Shown: positions 32,155 through 40,993 of the stretch, in pieces
Layout of the letters: the number at the start of each line of letters is the position of its first letter
Numbering within the stretch: position 1 is the stretch's first letter
Origin: an uncultured Mycoplasmatota bacterium
GTDB lineage: Bacteria; Bacillota_I; Bacilli_A; RF39; UBA660
Assembly (NCBI GenBank): GCA_900553395.1
Contig: USDJ01000005.1
Coordinates: 10,489-74,488 of the forward strand
Length of the DNA: 64,000 bases
Direction: 5' to 3'
Notes under the pieces: model-generated
Databases searched by the model: none
What the model was told of the DNA's origin: nothing
Seen by the model: the letters and a program-made list of their open reading frames with translations, nothing else
Translations under genes and position numbers: made by a program

Positions 32155-32859
32155 ATGAATGAAAATAAGAAAGATTTTAAAAACATGATTCTAGGTTTTG
32201 GAGTAATTACACTATACTTAGTTGCTTCATTGTCTTCATTAAATATATTATCCATTTTTAACATTAATTACAATAACTTTAGTTTACTAGGAAAAGCCAT
32301 ATACGCTATAACCTATGAAGCATTACTTACACTAATCATCATATTTATATATAGAAAAGATTTTATACCAGACTTAAAAATTTTCGTAAAAAATAATGCT
32401 AAATATTTTAAAAAATATATTAAATATTGGTTTTTAGTAATCATACTTATGATTTTAAGCAATGGTATTGTTACAATGTTTACAAACACAGATACTGCAG
32501 CGAACCAAGAAATAATAGTTAATACTCTTAAAAAAGCGCCTATATATATTTTTATAACTACAGTATTTATAGCGCCTATATTGGAAGAATTAGTGTTTAG
32601 GTTATCGTTTAAAAAAATATTTGCACACACAAATTTTCTATTTATATTATTCTCTGGATTTATATTTGGGAGCATGCATGTTATAGGCTCTCTTAATAAC
32701 ATAACTGATATTTTATTTATAATTCCATATAGTATTCCTGGATTTATATTTGCATATACATATACAAAGTCAGAAAATATATGTGTACCAATTAGTTTAC
32801 ATTTTATACACAATGGAGTTAGTATGTGCCTACAAATAATTTTAACTTTTTTAATTTAA
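32155..32859 (+). CDS. CPBP family intramembrane glutamic endopeptidase (CAAX protease/Abi)
   Basis: 'APILEELVFR', 'FGSMH', 'HFIHN'; multi-pass membrane protein. Confidence 0.8.
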   Translation: MNENKKDFKNMILGFGVITLYLVASLSSLNILSIFNINYNNFSLLGKAIYAITYEALLTLIIIFIYRKDFIPDLKIFVKNNAKYFKKYIKYWFLVIILMILSNGIVTMFTNTDTAANQEIIVNTLKKAPIYIFITTVFIAPILEELVFRLSFKKIFAHTNFLFILFSGFIFGSMHVIGSLNNITDILFIIPYSIPGFIFAYTYTKSENICVPISLHFIHNGVSMCLQIILTFLI

Positions 32860-33251
32860 AAAAATTGATATTATAAATTACCCTTAAATAGTTCACAACA
32901 ATAAAAAGTATAGAAATTGAGATTACTTTACTAGAATAACTTCCCATTAGATATTAATATTCTATATTAGAATTAGAGTTGATATAACCGCTCGACTAGT
33001 CAAATACATTAATTCTAAAAATGCAAAATATTTTTCTTTTGGAACTACTTTTACAATGCGGTGTTTATTTATCTTATTAGTGTTGAACAAATAATTATCA
33101 TTTTAAATTAAACTTGAAGACAAATTTAATTCAACTAATCCATTATTATAAAATGTAAAGTATCCATATTTTTCGTATCATAAAGCAAAACTACACTTTT
33201 TAATTTTTATTCTATAAACATTCTAGTTTCTTAAAAGAAAGAAAATTTATT

Positions 33252-33280
33252 ATATAAAAGGATTGACATTAAGTCAATCC
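33252..33280 (-). terminator. Terminator after the CheY-like gene
   Basis: Minus strand reads GGATTGAC-TTAAT-GTCAATCC followed by TTTTATATAA. Confidence 0.65.
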
Positions 33281-33301
33281 TAATTTGTGAAACAAAACAC
33301 A

Positions 33302-33682
33302 TCAATCTTTTCTACTTATCATTTTTTCAACTATACATTCAACATTAGCTTTAGAGAATGGTTTGTTAAGCATATCAACAATATCATAAGAAAATGCTTT
33401 AGAAATAGTTTCTTTAGTATCATCCCCAGAAATGATGCAAATTGGATATTTTCTAAATAAGTTATTATTTTTAAAATAATTGAGAACCATGAATCCATCA
33501 TATTCAGGCATATTCAAATCAAGCAACATACCTATTATATTGTACTCCTTATTAGAAGTAATAATATCTATTGCTTCCTTTCCATTAGACGCCTTTAAAA
33601 CTGTATAATCCTCTCCTAAAGACTTTTCGATAATATTTTTTATTATCATTGAATCATCAGCTACTATAATTGCATTCTTCAT
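33302..33682 (-). CDS. Single-domain response regulator (CheY-like receiver)
   Basis: 'IIVADDSMIIKN…MLLDLNMPEYDG…ICIISG…LNKP'; 126 aa with no output domain. Confidence 0.85.
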   Translation of the reverse strand: MKNAIIVADDSMIIKNIIEKSLGEDYTVLKASNGKEAIDIITSNKEYNIIGMLLDLNMPEYDGFMVLNYFKNNNLFRKYPICIISGDDTKETISKAFSYDIVDMLNKPFSKANVECIVEKMISRKD

Positions 33683-33684
33683 AT

Positions 33685-35934
33685 TTATCCCTTTCTTAAA
33701 TACTTTTTAACAACATTAATAATTCTATTAGCTTCATTCATAAGGCTATCGTAATGACCTAAAATATATTCTAAGTCATTTTCTTTTCCTTTAATTTCAT
33801 GATTATATGAGAGCTCAGCCAATTTAGTAAAGCCCAAATATTTACTATCACTTTTCATAGCATGCGCAAGTATTGCGTAATTATTTAAATCTTTAGACTC
33901 TTTAAATTCTTTCATTTTAGGTAATCTTGTCTCTGATTCAGTAAGAAATGCTTCTAATGTTTCATCATACATTTCCATATCACCTAAAAGTTCTAATCCC
34001 TTATCAACATCTATTCCTTTATCTTTTAAGAATTGAACGTTATTATTATCATCTTTTATAACATTATCGTTAACTTTATCTATATTTTTATCTATTTCTT
34101 TATCATTATCATTTTGATTATTATTTTTTATACTATCTTTTAAAAATTTAGCTAATACCCTATTTAATTCTAATTTTTCTATTGGCTTAGATAAATAATC
34201 ATCAAAGCCAACTTCTAAATACTTTTTTTCTTTACCATTTAATGCATCCGCTGTAAGAGCTACTATTGGTATACTAAATCCATTTATTTCTTTTAGTCTT
34301 TTCAAAGTCTCAACGCCACTCATCTTTGGCATCATTATATCCATGAATATTATATCATATTTTTTATTTCTTTCAATACTATTTATACAATCAAATCCAT
34401 TATCCATGCATTCTATTTCTACACCATATTCTTTAAATAGTTTCTGAGCCACTCTTAAGTTCAATTTATTATCATCTACAACAAGAATTTTCTTACCAGT
34501 TAAATCTAATTTTTCTTCACTAAGAGTCTTTTTCTCACAAGTTCCTGTACCTATCTTTTGCATTAAATAAATCGTAAAAGTAGAGCCCTCTCCATACTCA
34601 CTTTGTACAACTATTTTCCCGCCCATCATTTCAACAAGCCTTTTAGTAATAGCAAGGCCAAGTCCAGTTCCTTCTGTTGTTGTATTTTTATCCTCATCAA
34701 GTCTTTCAAATTTATTAAATAGTTTACTTATTTGTTCAGTTTTTATTCCTCTACCTGTATCTGCAATAGATATTGCTAATTTACATTCATCTTTAATATT
34801 TACACAACTAACCTTAAAATCTATATATCCGTATTCAGTATATTTAGCGGAATTAGTTAAAATATTAGTTATGACTTGTTTAACTTTTCCAGCATCACCA
34901 TATAATACTTTAGGTATATCAGGTGCAAAATCACATCTTACCTCAATAGGTTTCTCACCAATTCTAGCTCTGATTAGTTTCGTCAAATTTTCTAAGTTTT
35001 CTCTTAAGTCATACTCGGTATTAACAATTTCCATTTTATCAGCTTCTATTTTACTTATGTCAAGTATACCATTAACTATTTCAAGTAAATTTCTAGAAGC
35101 CATAATTATGTCTTTGGCATCCTCTTTTGCATCGTCTAGTGATTCTGCATTTTCAATGCATTCACTAAATCCTACTATAGCATTTAATGGAGTTCTTATC
35201 TCATGAGACATATTACTTAAGAAATCAGTCTTAGCATGGTTTGCTTGCTCTGCTTGTACTTTGGCAAGTTCTAGTTCATTTATTAACTTCATATCTGGAT
35301 TTTCTATAGTAAAATACATAAGGATAGTAATAAATGTTTCCATTGAAGTTATAATCAATATATGCGGAAACGTTGCTTGAATAAATGTGGCTATAAGACC
35401 TATTGTTAAATATGCAAACATTGGAATATATTTTTTGCTCTTTAAATTTTTGAAATTCTTAAACATACAAATTAACCAAGATACTATACATATTCCAGAA
35501 ACAATATATGTAACATTAGCACTCGGACCATAAGTAAAAATTCTTCCATTATCTCTGTTACTATATAAAGGTAAAATAAGTACTATAAAAATTGAGATTG
35601 TACAAAATATAGTTAAAATAGTTGTTATTTTTTTAAATACTTTTAAATCCACTTTTTTTAAAGATATTGTAAAAATATACGCGGTCATTAAAACTATCCA
35701 CACCACTAAGTAACACAAATATAATTTACATATCTGAATTAAAATAATTGATTCATAATTAATCACAGCAAGATATGTGCTTAAAATATCTAAAATCATA
35801 CCAACAAAATTAAATATAATTAAACAAGAAAAAATTTTATTTTCTATAGTTGGCATTTTTTTCTTTGAAAAATAAATTATCATTATTAAAACAATGTAAA
35901 ATAAACTTAAAATTTGAAAATACAAACTACTCAT
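33685..35934 (-). CDS. Hybrid sensor histidine kinase (multi-TM sensor, HisKA, HATPase, REC, HPt)
   Basis: About 6-7 N-terminal TM segments; H-box '[11 protein letters not shown]'; 'DTGRGI' and 'GTGLGLAI'; REC '[10 protein letters not shown]…[11 protein letters not shown]'; HPt '[13 protein letters not shown]'. Confidence 0.9.
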   Translation of the reverse strand: MSSLYFQILSLFYIVLIMIIYFSKKKMPTIENKIFSCLIIFNFVGMILDILSTYLAVINYESIILIQICKLYLCYLVVWIVLMTAYIFTISLKKVDLKVFKKITTILTIFCTISIFIVLILPLYSNRDNGRIFTYGPSANVTYIVSGICIVSWLICMFKNFKNLKSKKYIPMFAYLTIGLIATFIQATFPHILIITSMETFITILMYFTIENPDMKLINELELAKVQAEQANHAKTDFLSNMSHEIRTPLNAIVGFSECIENAESLDDAKEDAKDIIMASRNLLEIVNGILDISKIEADKMEIVNTEYDLRENLENLTKLIRARIGEKPIEVRCDFAPDIPKVLYGDAGKVKQVITNILTNSAKYTEYGYIDFKVSCVNIKDECKLAISIADTGRGIKTEQISKLFNKFERLDEDKNTTTEGTGLGLAITKRLVEMMGGKIVVQSEYGEGSTFTIYLMQKIGTGTCEKKTLSEEKLDLTGKKILVVDDNKLNLRVAQKLFKEYGVEIECMDNGFDCINSIERNKKYDIIFMDIMMPKMSGVETLKRLKEINGFSIPIVALTADALNGKEKKYLEVGFDDYLSKPIEKLELNRVLAKFLKDSIKNNNQNDNDKEIDKNIDKVNDNVIKDDNNNVQFLKDKGIDVDKGLELLGDMEMYDETLEAFLTESETRLPKMKEFKESKDLNNYAILAHAMKSDSKYLGFTKLAELSYNHEIKGKENDLEYILGHYDSLMNEANRIINVVKKYLRKG

Positions 35935-36021
35935 TATCTACCACCTAGTTTAAATTATACCACATATAATTTAAATTTCAATTAAATTGATCAAATCCTT
36001 TATATTTAAATACATTTTTGA

Positions 36022-36046
36022 CAAAAAAAGTGGGTTTTAACCCACT
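36022..36046 (-). terminator. Terminator after the AMP-ligase gene
   Basis: AGTGGG-TTTTAA-CCCACT directly after the stop codon, followed by TTTTTTTG on the minus strand. Confidence 0.65.
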
Positions 36047-37759
36047 CTAATTATGTTGAAACTTCATTCTTTTTATTAAAGTTTTATAATCCATTTTTCC
36101 TAATGCTGTTTCAGGAAAATCTTCAACTGGAACAAATTTCACCGGTTGATGGTATCTATCAAGATTCATTTTACATTGTGATTTTAACTTATCAACAAGT
36201 GCTGGTGTTATACCCAATGTTCCGTTTTTCATTTTTATAAAAGCTACTGGAACATTTCCTTTATATTCGTCTTCCATTGGAACTACAATACTACTCTCTA
36301 TCTCATCTACTTTTTCAAGTTCTCTTTCAATACTATCCGGATATACATTAACACCACTAGATTCGAACATTCTATCTAATCTTTGAGTATAAAATACTAT
36401 TCCATCTTCATCTATATAGCCCATATCTCCAGTATGTAACCATTTTTTTCCATCTTTTTCTAACGATATCGAATGTTTTTTGGTATTTCCAAAGTAATCT
36501 TGTACCATTACAGTTGGACCGGAAATACAAATTTCACCATCTTCATTATATCCAAATTCTTCTCCTGTACTAGGGTCAACTATTTTAAAATCCGTATTAA
36601 CCATTGGTATTCCTATGCTTCCAACTTTATTGCACCCATTAAATGAGAATGTAACACCAGCAACAGCCTCAGTTAATCCATACCCTTTACATACAGAACT
36701 TGTACAATTATGTGCTTTTAAAAATTCGTTAAATTCCTCTTCATTTTTCATTTTATCAGCACCATATACTACATATTTTAGGCAAGACAAATCTGATTCT
36801 TTTAATTTTTTATTACTCATCATAGCATTAAATAATGTTGGCACTCCAATAATATGATTAGGACGTTTTTTTAATAATTTTGGCAAATCATTTTTACTAA
36901 ATTTAGCAACTAAAATTATAGAAACCCCATTACATAATGGCAAATGTACTGAGCTGCATAATCCAAAGCCATGAAATATTGGCATTATAGTAAGCATTTT
37001 ATCACCAGCAGAAAAATTAGATGCCATAGCACCAAACTGTGTAATCATTGAATTAATATTATCATTTGATAATGGAACAGTTTTGGCATCTCCAGAAGTA
37101 CCACCAGTATGAAGTAAAACTGCAATCTCATCTTTTGAATAAGAATTATGTGTATAAGTAGCTCCCTTGCCATTTGCTATAAATTTTCTCCAAGAAATTA
37201 CATCAACATTTTGTAATCCTTCAGAATGTAACTGTTTGCTTTTTTTTCTTATTTTAAACACAATTTTTTTAACTAAAGGCATTGATATACCAGCACTACA
37301 TGAAATTACTTTTAAGTCATCGCCAGAGATTTTAGGCACTACATCATCTAGTGCTACTACATATTTACAATTTGTTTCTTTTATATATGAATTAATTTCT
37401 GCTTGACTTTTCAAAGGATGTATCATATTTGGTATTGCTCCAATATTATTTAAGGCATAAATTGATGCTAATGCCTCTGGTGTATTAGGCATGCAAACAG
37501 CTACTACATCGCCTTTTTTCACGCCCAACTTAGAGAATGCCCTACTGCATTCGTCAATCATTTCAAATAATTTTTTAAATTTAATTTTTCTGTCATAATA
37601 GTCTATTGCTAACCCATTCATATTGTTAATATTGCTTAAATATAAATGTTCATATAGTGTTCTTTTGGGCGTTGCAATATTCCTATTTTCTTCTGGTATA
37701 TATCTTAACCAACGTTTTTCAACAGATGGTTTATTATTATTTTCACTTATCTTAGTCAT
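36047..37759 (-). CDS. AMP-dependent acyl-CoA/acyl-ACP synthetase family ligase
   Basis: 'LLHTGGTSGDAKTVP', 'KGYGLTEA', 'LHTGDMGYIDEDG'. ATG 37759 lies 2 nt after the upstream stop, behind AAGGGG. Confidence 0.85.
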   Translation of the reverse strand: MTKISENNNKPSVEKRWLRYIPEENRNIATPKRTLYEHLYLSNINNMNGLAIDYYDRKIKFKKLFEMIDECSRAFSKLGVKKGDVVAVCMPNTPEALASIYALNNIGAIPNMIHPLKSQAEINSYIKETNCKYVVALDDVVPKISGDDLKVISCSAGISMPLVKKIVFKIRKKSKQLHSEGLQNVDVISWRKFIANGKGATYTHNSYSKDEIAVLLHTGGTSGDAKTVPLSNDNINSMITQFGAMASNFSAGDKMLTIMPIFHGFGLCSSVHLPLCNGVSIILVAKFSKNDLPKLLKKRPNHIIGVPTLFNAMMSNKKLKESDLSCLKYVVYGADKMKNEEEFNEFLKAHNCTSSVCKGYGLTEAVAGVTFSFNGCNKVGSIGIPMVNTDFKIVDPSTGEEFGYNEDGEICISGPTVMVQDYFGNTKKHSISLEKDGKKWLHTGDMGYIDEDGIVFYTQRLDRMFESSGVNVYPDSIERELEKVDEIESSIVVPMEDEYKGNVPVAFIKMKNGTLGITPALVDKLKSQCKMNLDRYHQPVKFVPVEDFPETALGKMDYKTLIKRMKFQHN

Positions 37760-37761
37760 TT

Positions 37762-39228
37762 TTAATGACACCCCTTACTAAGCTTTTTTTGCTTTTGCTT
37801 TTGAGCTTCATCTTTTTCTTTTAACTCAATAACCATTCCTTCTATCAAATTTTGAAGTTTCATTGTGGATACTTCAACATCATCTAAAGGCGAAACATAA
37901 AATGGTTCTGCAAACCTGATTCTATTCTTTTTTCCATAATAGATAGCCATTGGAATAATTGCTGTTCCTGTTTTTTGTGCCATTGCAACTGCGCCTTTAT
38001 GAAATGGTAATATAGTTTTTTTTCTTCCTTCTTCTGTTTTGTTTTTTCTTGTACCTTCTGGAAAAATTAAGACATTATCACCATATACCAATCTAGTTGC
38101 TAATTGCTCTGATGTTTCTTTTCTACTATTAGGATCTTTTCTGTCAATAAATACCGCACCTCTTGTCAATTTAAAAATTCTTCCTCTAAATGAGTCTTGA
38201 ATCTCTGAAGCTGCAAATCCAGCATAATATTGGTGTTTTCCTAATCCTAAATCTATCAAATAATTATCACAAGATTTAACATGATTTGAGCAAAACAACT
38301 TTCCATCTTGATAAGGTACATTATCTTTATTTTCTATAATAGGTTTAAATTTCAATTTCATAACAGGATACATTAATGTATACATTAGTCTATAGGCTTT
38401 TTTTCCTTTATTTAATTCTTTCGTATTTAATTTTAAACTTCCGCTTTTTAAATGAGCATAATACTGATTATAATATCTTTTTTTCTCTTCATCGCTCATT
38501 TTTTCTATCTCTTGAGATGTAGCATGTAAAAACTCCCCTGGTTTCACTAAATTTACTGATAATTCATCTATTTTAGTTTCAACTTCATCCCAACTATTAA
38601 CTCTTATAATATTATCGTGAGATACGTCTTTATTATAAGGATTATCAATAAGTATAACTCTAACTCCGTTTTCTGCTAAGTATAAAGCAACATCAGATTT
38701 ATCTTCTATCATTATATCAACATGTAGTTTTCTACATCCTAATAATTTATCCCTAGGACTATCTTTTTCAGAACAATATTGTTTAGAATCAAAAGTTAAT
38801 GAATTTTTTTCTAACCACTTATTTAGCAACTTTCTATAACGGTAACCAAGCAAATTACTACTTGTAACAAATTTTCTGGCTGTAATCAAATGCAAATTAT
38901 ATCCCTTATTTTTTAAATTGCTTAAAGTAGTTTTTGCTCCATCTCTTAATGAACATTCTTTACAATACTTTTCTAAAACCTTACTGCCATATAATAACTC
39001 TTTAGATTTTGAAAGTCCGAATATTTCACCAAAACTATAAGCTTCTGGTAATACTGGCTCTTTCTTTAACATTTTAGCCACTTTAGTATTATAAAAGCCA
39101 TTCAAGTCAGTTAAAGTTCCATCTACGTCTACTCCAATTATAGGATTGTTCTTTTTATTATTCTTTTCCACAAGTCTTCCCCCTTTAAAATTGATTGTTA
39201 TAATAACACTTATTTCACTATTTGTCAA
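37762..39228 (-). CDS. Fusion protein: HAD-type phosphatase/nucleotidase-like domain plus PlsC-type acyltransferase
   Basis: N-terminal 'IGVDVDGTLTD…HLITAR…IMIEDK' (HAD motifs). C-terminal 'NHVKSCDN' (HX4D) and 'IFPEGTRKN' (PlsC block III). The true start may be GTG 39171. Confidence 0.72.
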   Translation of the reverse strand: MTNSEISVIITINFKGGRLVEKNNKKNNPIIGVDVDGTLTDLNGFYNTKVAKMLKKEPVLPEAYSFGEIFGLSKSKELLYGSKVLEKYCKECSLRDGAKTTLSNLKNKGYNLHLITARKFVTSSNLLGYRYRKLLNKWLEKNSLTFDSKQYCSEKDSPRDKLLGCRKLHVDIMIEDKSDVALYLAENGVRVILIDNPYNKDVSHDNIIRVNSWDEVETKIDELSVNLVKPGEFLHATSQEIEKMSDEEKKRYYNQYYAHLKSGSLKLNTKELNKGKKAYRLMYTLMYPVMKLKFKPIIENKDNVPYQDGKLFCSNHVKSCDNYLIDLGLGKHQYYAGFAASEIQDSFRGRIFKLTRGAVFIDRKDPNSRKETSEQLATRLVYGDNVLIFPEGTRKNKTEEGRKKTILPFHKGAVAMAQKTGTAIIPMAIYYGKKNRIRFAEPFYVSPLDDVEVSTMKLQNLIEGMVIELKEKDEAQKQKQKKLSKGCH

Positions 39229-39310
39229 ACTGTTTGTTATTTACTCACTTTTTTTTGGAAAAATGAGAAATTTTTCTAATAAAAGATATACTTTTTATAT
39301 ATTAGTTATA

Positions 39311-40753
39311 TTAGTTAAGGCCCTCTAAATATTTTCTTATTCTTTTTTGAGCATGAGATGTATGCGCATCTTTTAGCCAACCTTCGTTAGGGTGTGATGA
39401 TTTATCTGATTCTATTAACACTCTATCTCCATCACTTAAAACGTAACCTCTTGAAACTTGTTTATCATTAACTTTAGCACCCACCAAACTATTTCCTAAT
39501 GAATTCTTTAGTCTATAAGCAAGATCTATCACTGTCGAACCTTTAGGTAATTCTATTCTATCGCCTTTTCTTGTAAACACAGTTATTGTTCCAGATAATA
39601 TTTCCCTTCTTACTTGTTCTACAAACCCTTCATTATCCTCAAATATTTTGTCTATTTCTGATAATGATCCTAACATTTGAAATTTTTTGCTTACTTCTTC
39701 TTGCATTCTATATCTTGCTTTTCCTTTATTTATATCCCAATATGTAGTAATTCCAAAAGAAGCAACTCTATCCATATCAAACGTTCTTATTTGATTTTGA
39801 ACCAAATTATGATTTGGCCCAAAGACAGTTGTATGAAGAGATTGATACATATTAGCTTTAGGGTTACATATATAATCTCTAAATGTAGATTCTACTGGTT
39901 TATATAATGAATGAATAAGTCCTAAGGATACATAACAATTTCTTATTTGATCTACCATTATTTTTAATGATAATAAATCATGTATTTTAGACCAATCATT
40001 TACTTCATGAAGTCTTTTATATATACCATATATGTTTTTAGTTCTTACTTTTATTTCATATGGAATTCCTTCTGCAATAAGTATATCTGAAATACTTAAT
40101 AGCATATCTGTTAAAATGTTAGCATTAGCTTGACCCCTTCTCATTAATTCCTCGCTTATTTTTTTATATTCATCTGGATTTAGATAGCTAAATGCCAAAT
40201 CTTCTAATTCAGTTTTTACTCTATATTCACCAAGATAGTATGCAAATGGAACAAATATTTCTAGGGTTTCTATAGCATTTTCTCTTTGCTTTACAGGAGT
40301 TTTATATTGTAACGTTCTCATATTGTGAAGTCTATCAGCTAATTTTATTATCATAATTCTTACATCTTTAATAACACTCGTTAATATTTTTCTTGTATTT
40401 GCTAAATTTTGTTCAGCTTTGGTAGAAAAGTTCATTCTACGTATTTTTGTTACTCCATCTACTAAAATAGCTACTTCTTCTCCAAAGTTGTTAACAATAT
40501 CTGCTCTTGTTGCTTTGGTGTCTTCTAAAGTATCATGTAAAAGTGCTGCACATAAAGTTGGAGTATCAGCGTGCATTTCTGCCAATATATAAGCGACATT
40601 TAACGGATGTGTTATATAAGGTTCACCACTTTCTCTTAGCTGTCCACTATGAAGATAATCAGCATAATTATATGCATTTTTTACAAGTTCTGCTCCATTT
40701 GGATTATACTCTTTTACAAGACTTAACAAATTAGTAATAGTTATTTTAGACAT
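39311..40753 (-). CDS. Rel/SpoT homologue (HD hydrolase, synthetase-like and TGS domains) lacking the C-terminal regulatory half
   Basis: 'HPLNVAYIL…LHDTLEDT' (HD), 'NMYQSLHTTV', TGS 'ITVFTRKGDRIELPKGSTVIDLAYR'. Ends at 'AQKRIRKYLEGLN'. AGGAGG RBS before ATG 40753. Confidence 0.9.
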   Translation of the reverse strand: MSKITITNLLSLVKEYNPNGAELVKNAYNYADYLHSGQLRESGEPYITHPLNVAYILAEMHADTPTLCAALLHDTLEDTKATRADIVNNFGEEVAILVDGVTKIRRMNFSTKAEQNLANTRKILTSVIKDVRIMIIKLADRLHNMRTLQYKTPVKQRENAIETLEIFVPFAYYLGEYRVKTELEDLAFSYLNPDEYKKISEELMRRGQANANILTDMLLSISDILIAEGIPYEIKVRTKNIYGIYKRLHEVNDWSKIHDLLSLKIMVDQIRNCYVSLGLIHSLYKPVESTFRDYICNPKANMYQSLHTTVFGPNHNLVQNQIRTFDMDRVASFGITTYWDINKGKARYRMQEEVSKKFQMLGSLSEIDKIFEDNEGFVEQVRREILSGTITVFTRKGDRIELPKGSTVIDLAYRLKNSLGNSLVGAKVNDKQVSRGYVLSDGDRVLIESDKSSHPNEGWLKDAHTSHAQKRIRKYLEGLN

Positions 40754-40764
40754 AAAACCTCCTA

Positions 40765-40797
40765 TAAAAAATAACAAGCATAAAATAGGTGCTTGTT
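40765..40797 (-). promoter_or_regulatory. Terminator-like hairpin in the rel leader
   Basis: Minus strand reads AACAAGCA-CCTATTTTA-TGCTTGTT followed by ATTTTTTAT, then AGGAGG. Confidence 0.4.
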
Positions 40798-40952
40798 ATA
40801 ATTATTGGCGCATTAAAGAATCATAAGAAATTATATTCATATAACAATTAGTTATTACTTCAAATAATCTTATACATTCCATATATACACCTCAAATAAT
40901 TTATTTAAATAAATATTACTATTATTTTTTTGTTATGTCAATATTCATATAG

Positions 40953-40980
40953 ATAAAAAGTGAAATAATTAAATTTCACT
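40953..40980 (-). terminator. Terminator after the 507-aa gene
   Basis: Minus strand reads AGTGAAAT-TTAATT-ATTTCACT followed by TTTTTATC. Confidence 0.65.
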
Positions 40981-40993
40981 TCAAATACAAATA

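Noticed and set aside
33021-33080. A 19-aa mini-ORF (MQNIFLLELLLQCGVYLSY) in the long intergenic gap, considered as a possible bacteriocin or leader peptide.
   Set aside because: There is no Shine-Dalgarno sequence upstream and no double-glycine or other leader motif. It is indistinguishable from chance in AT-rich DNA.
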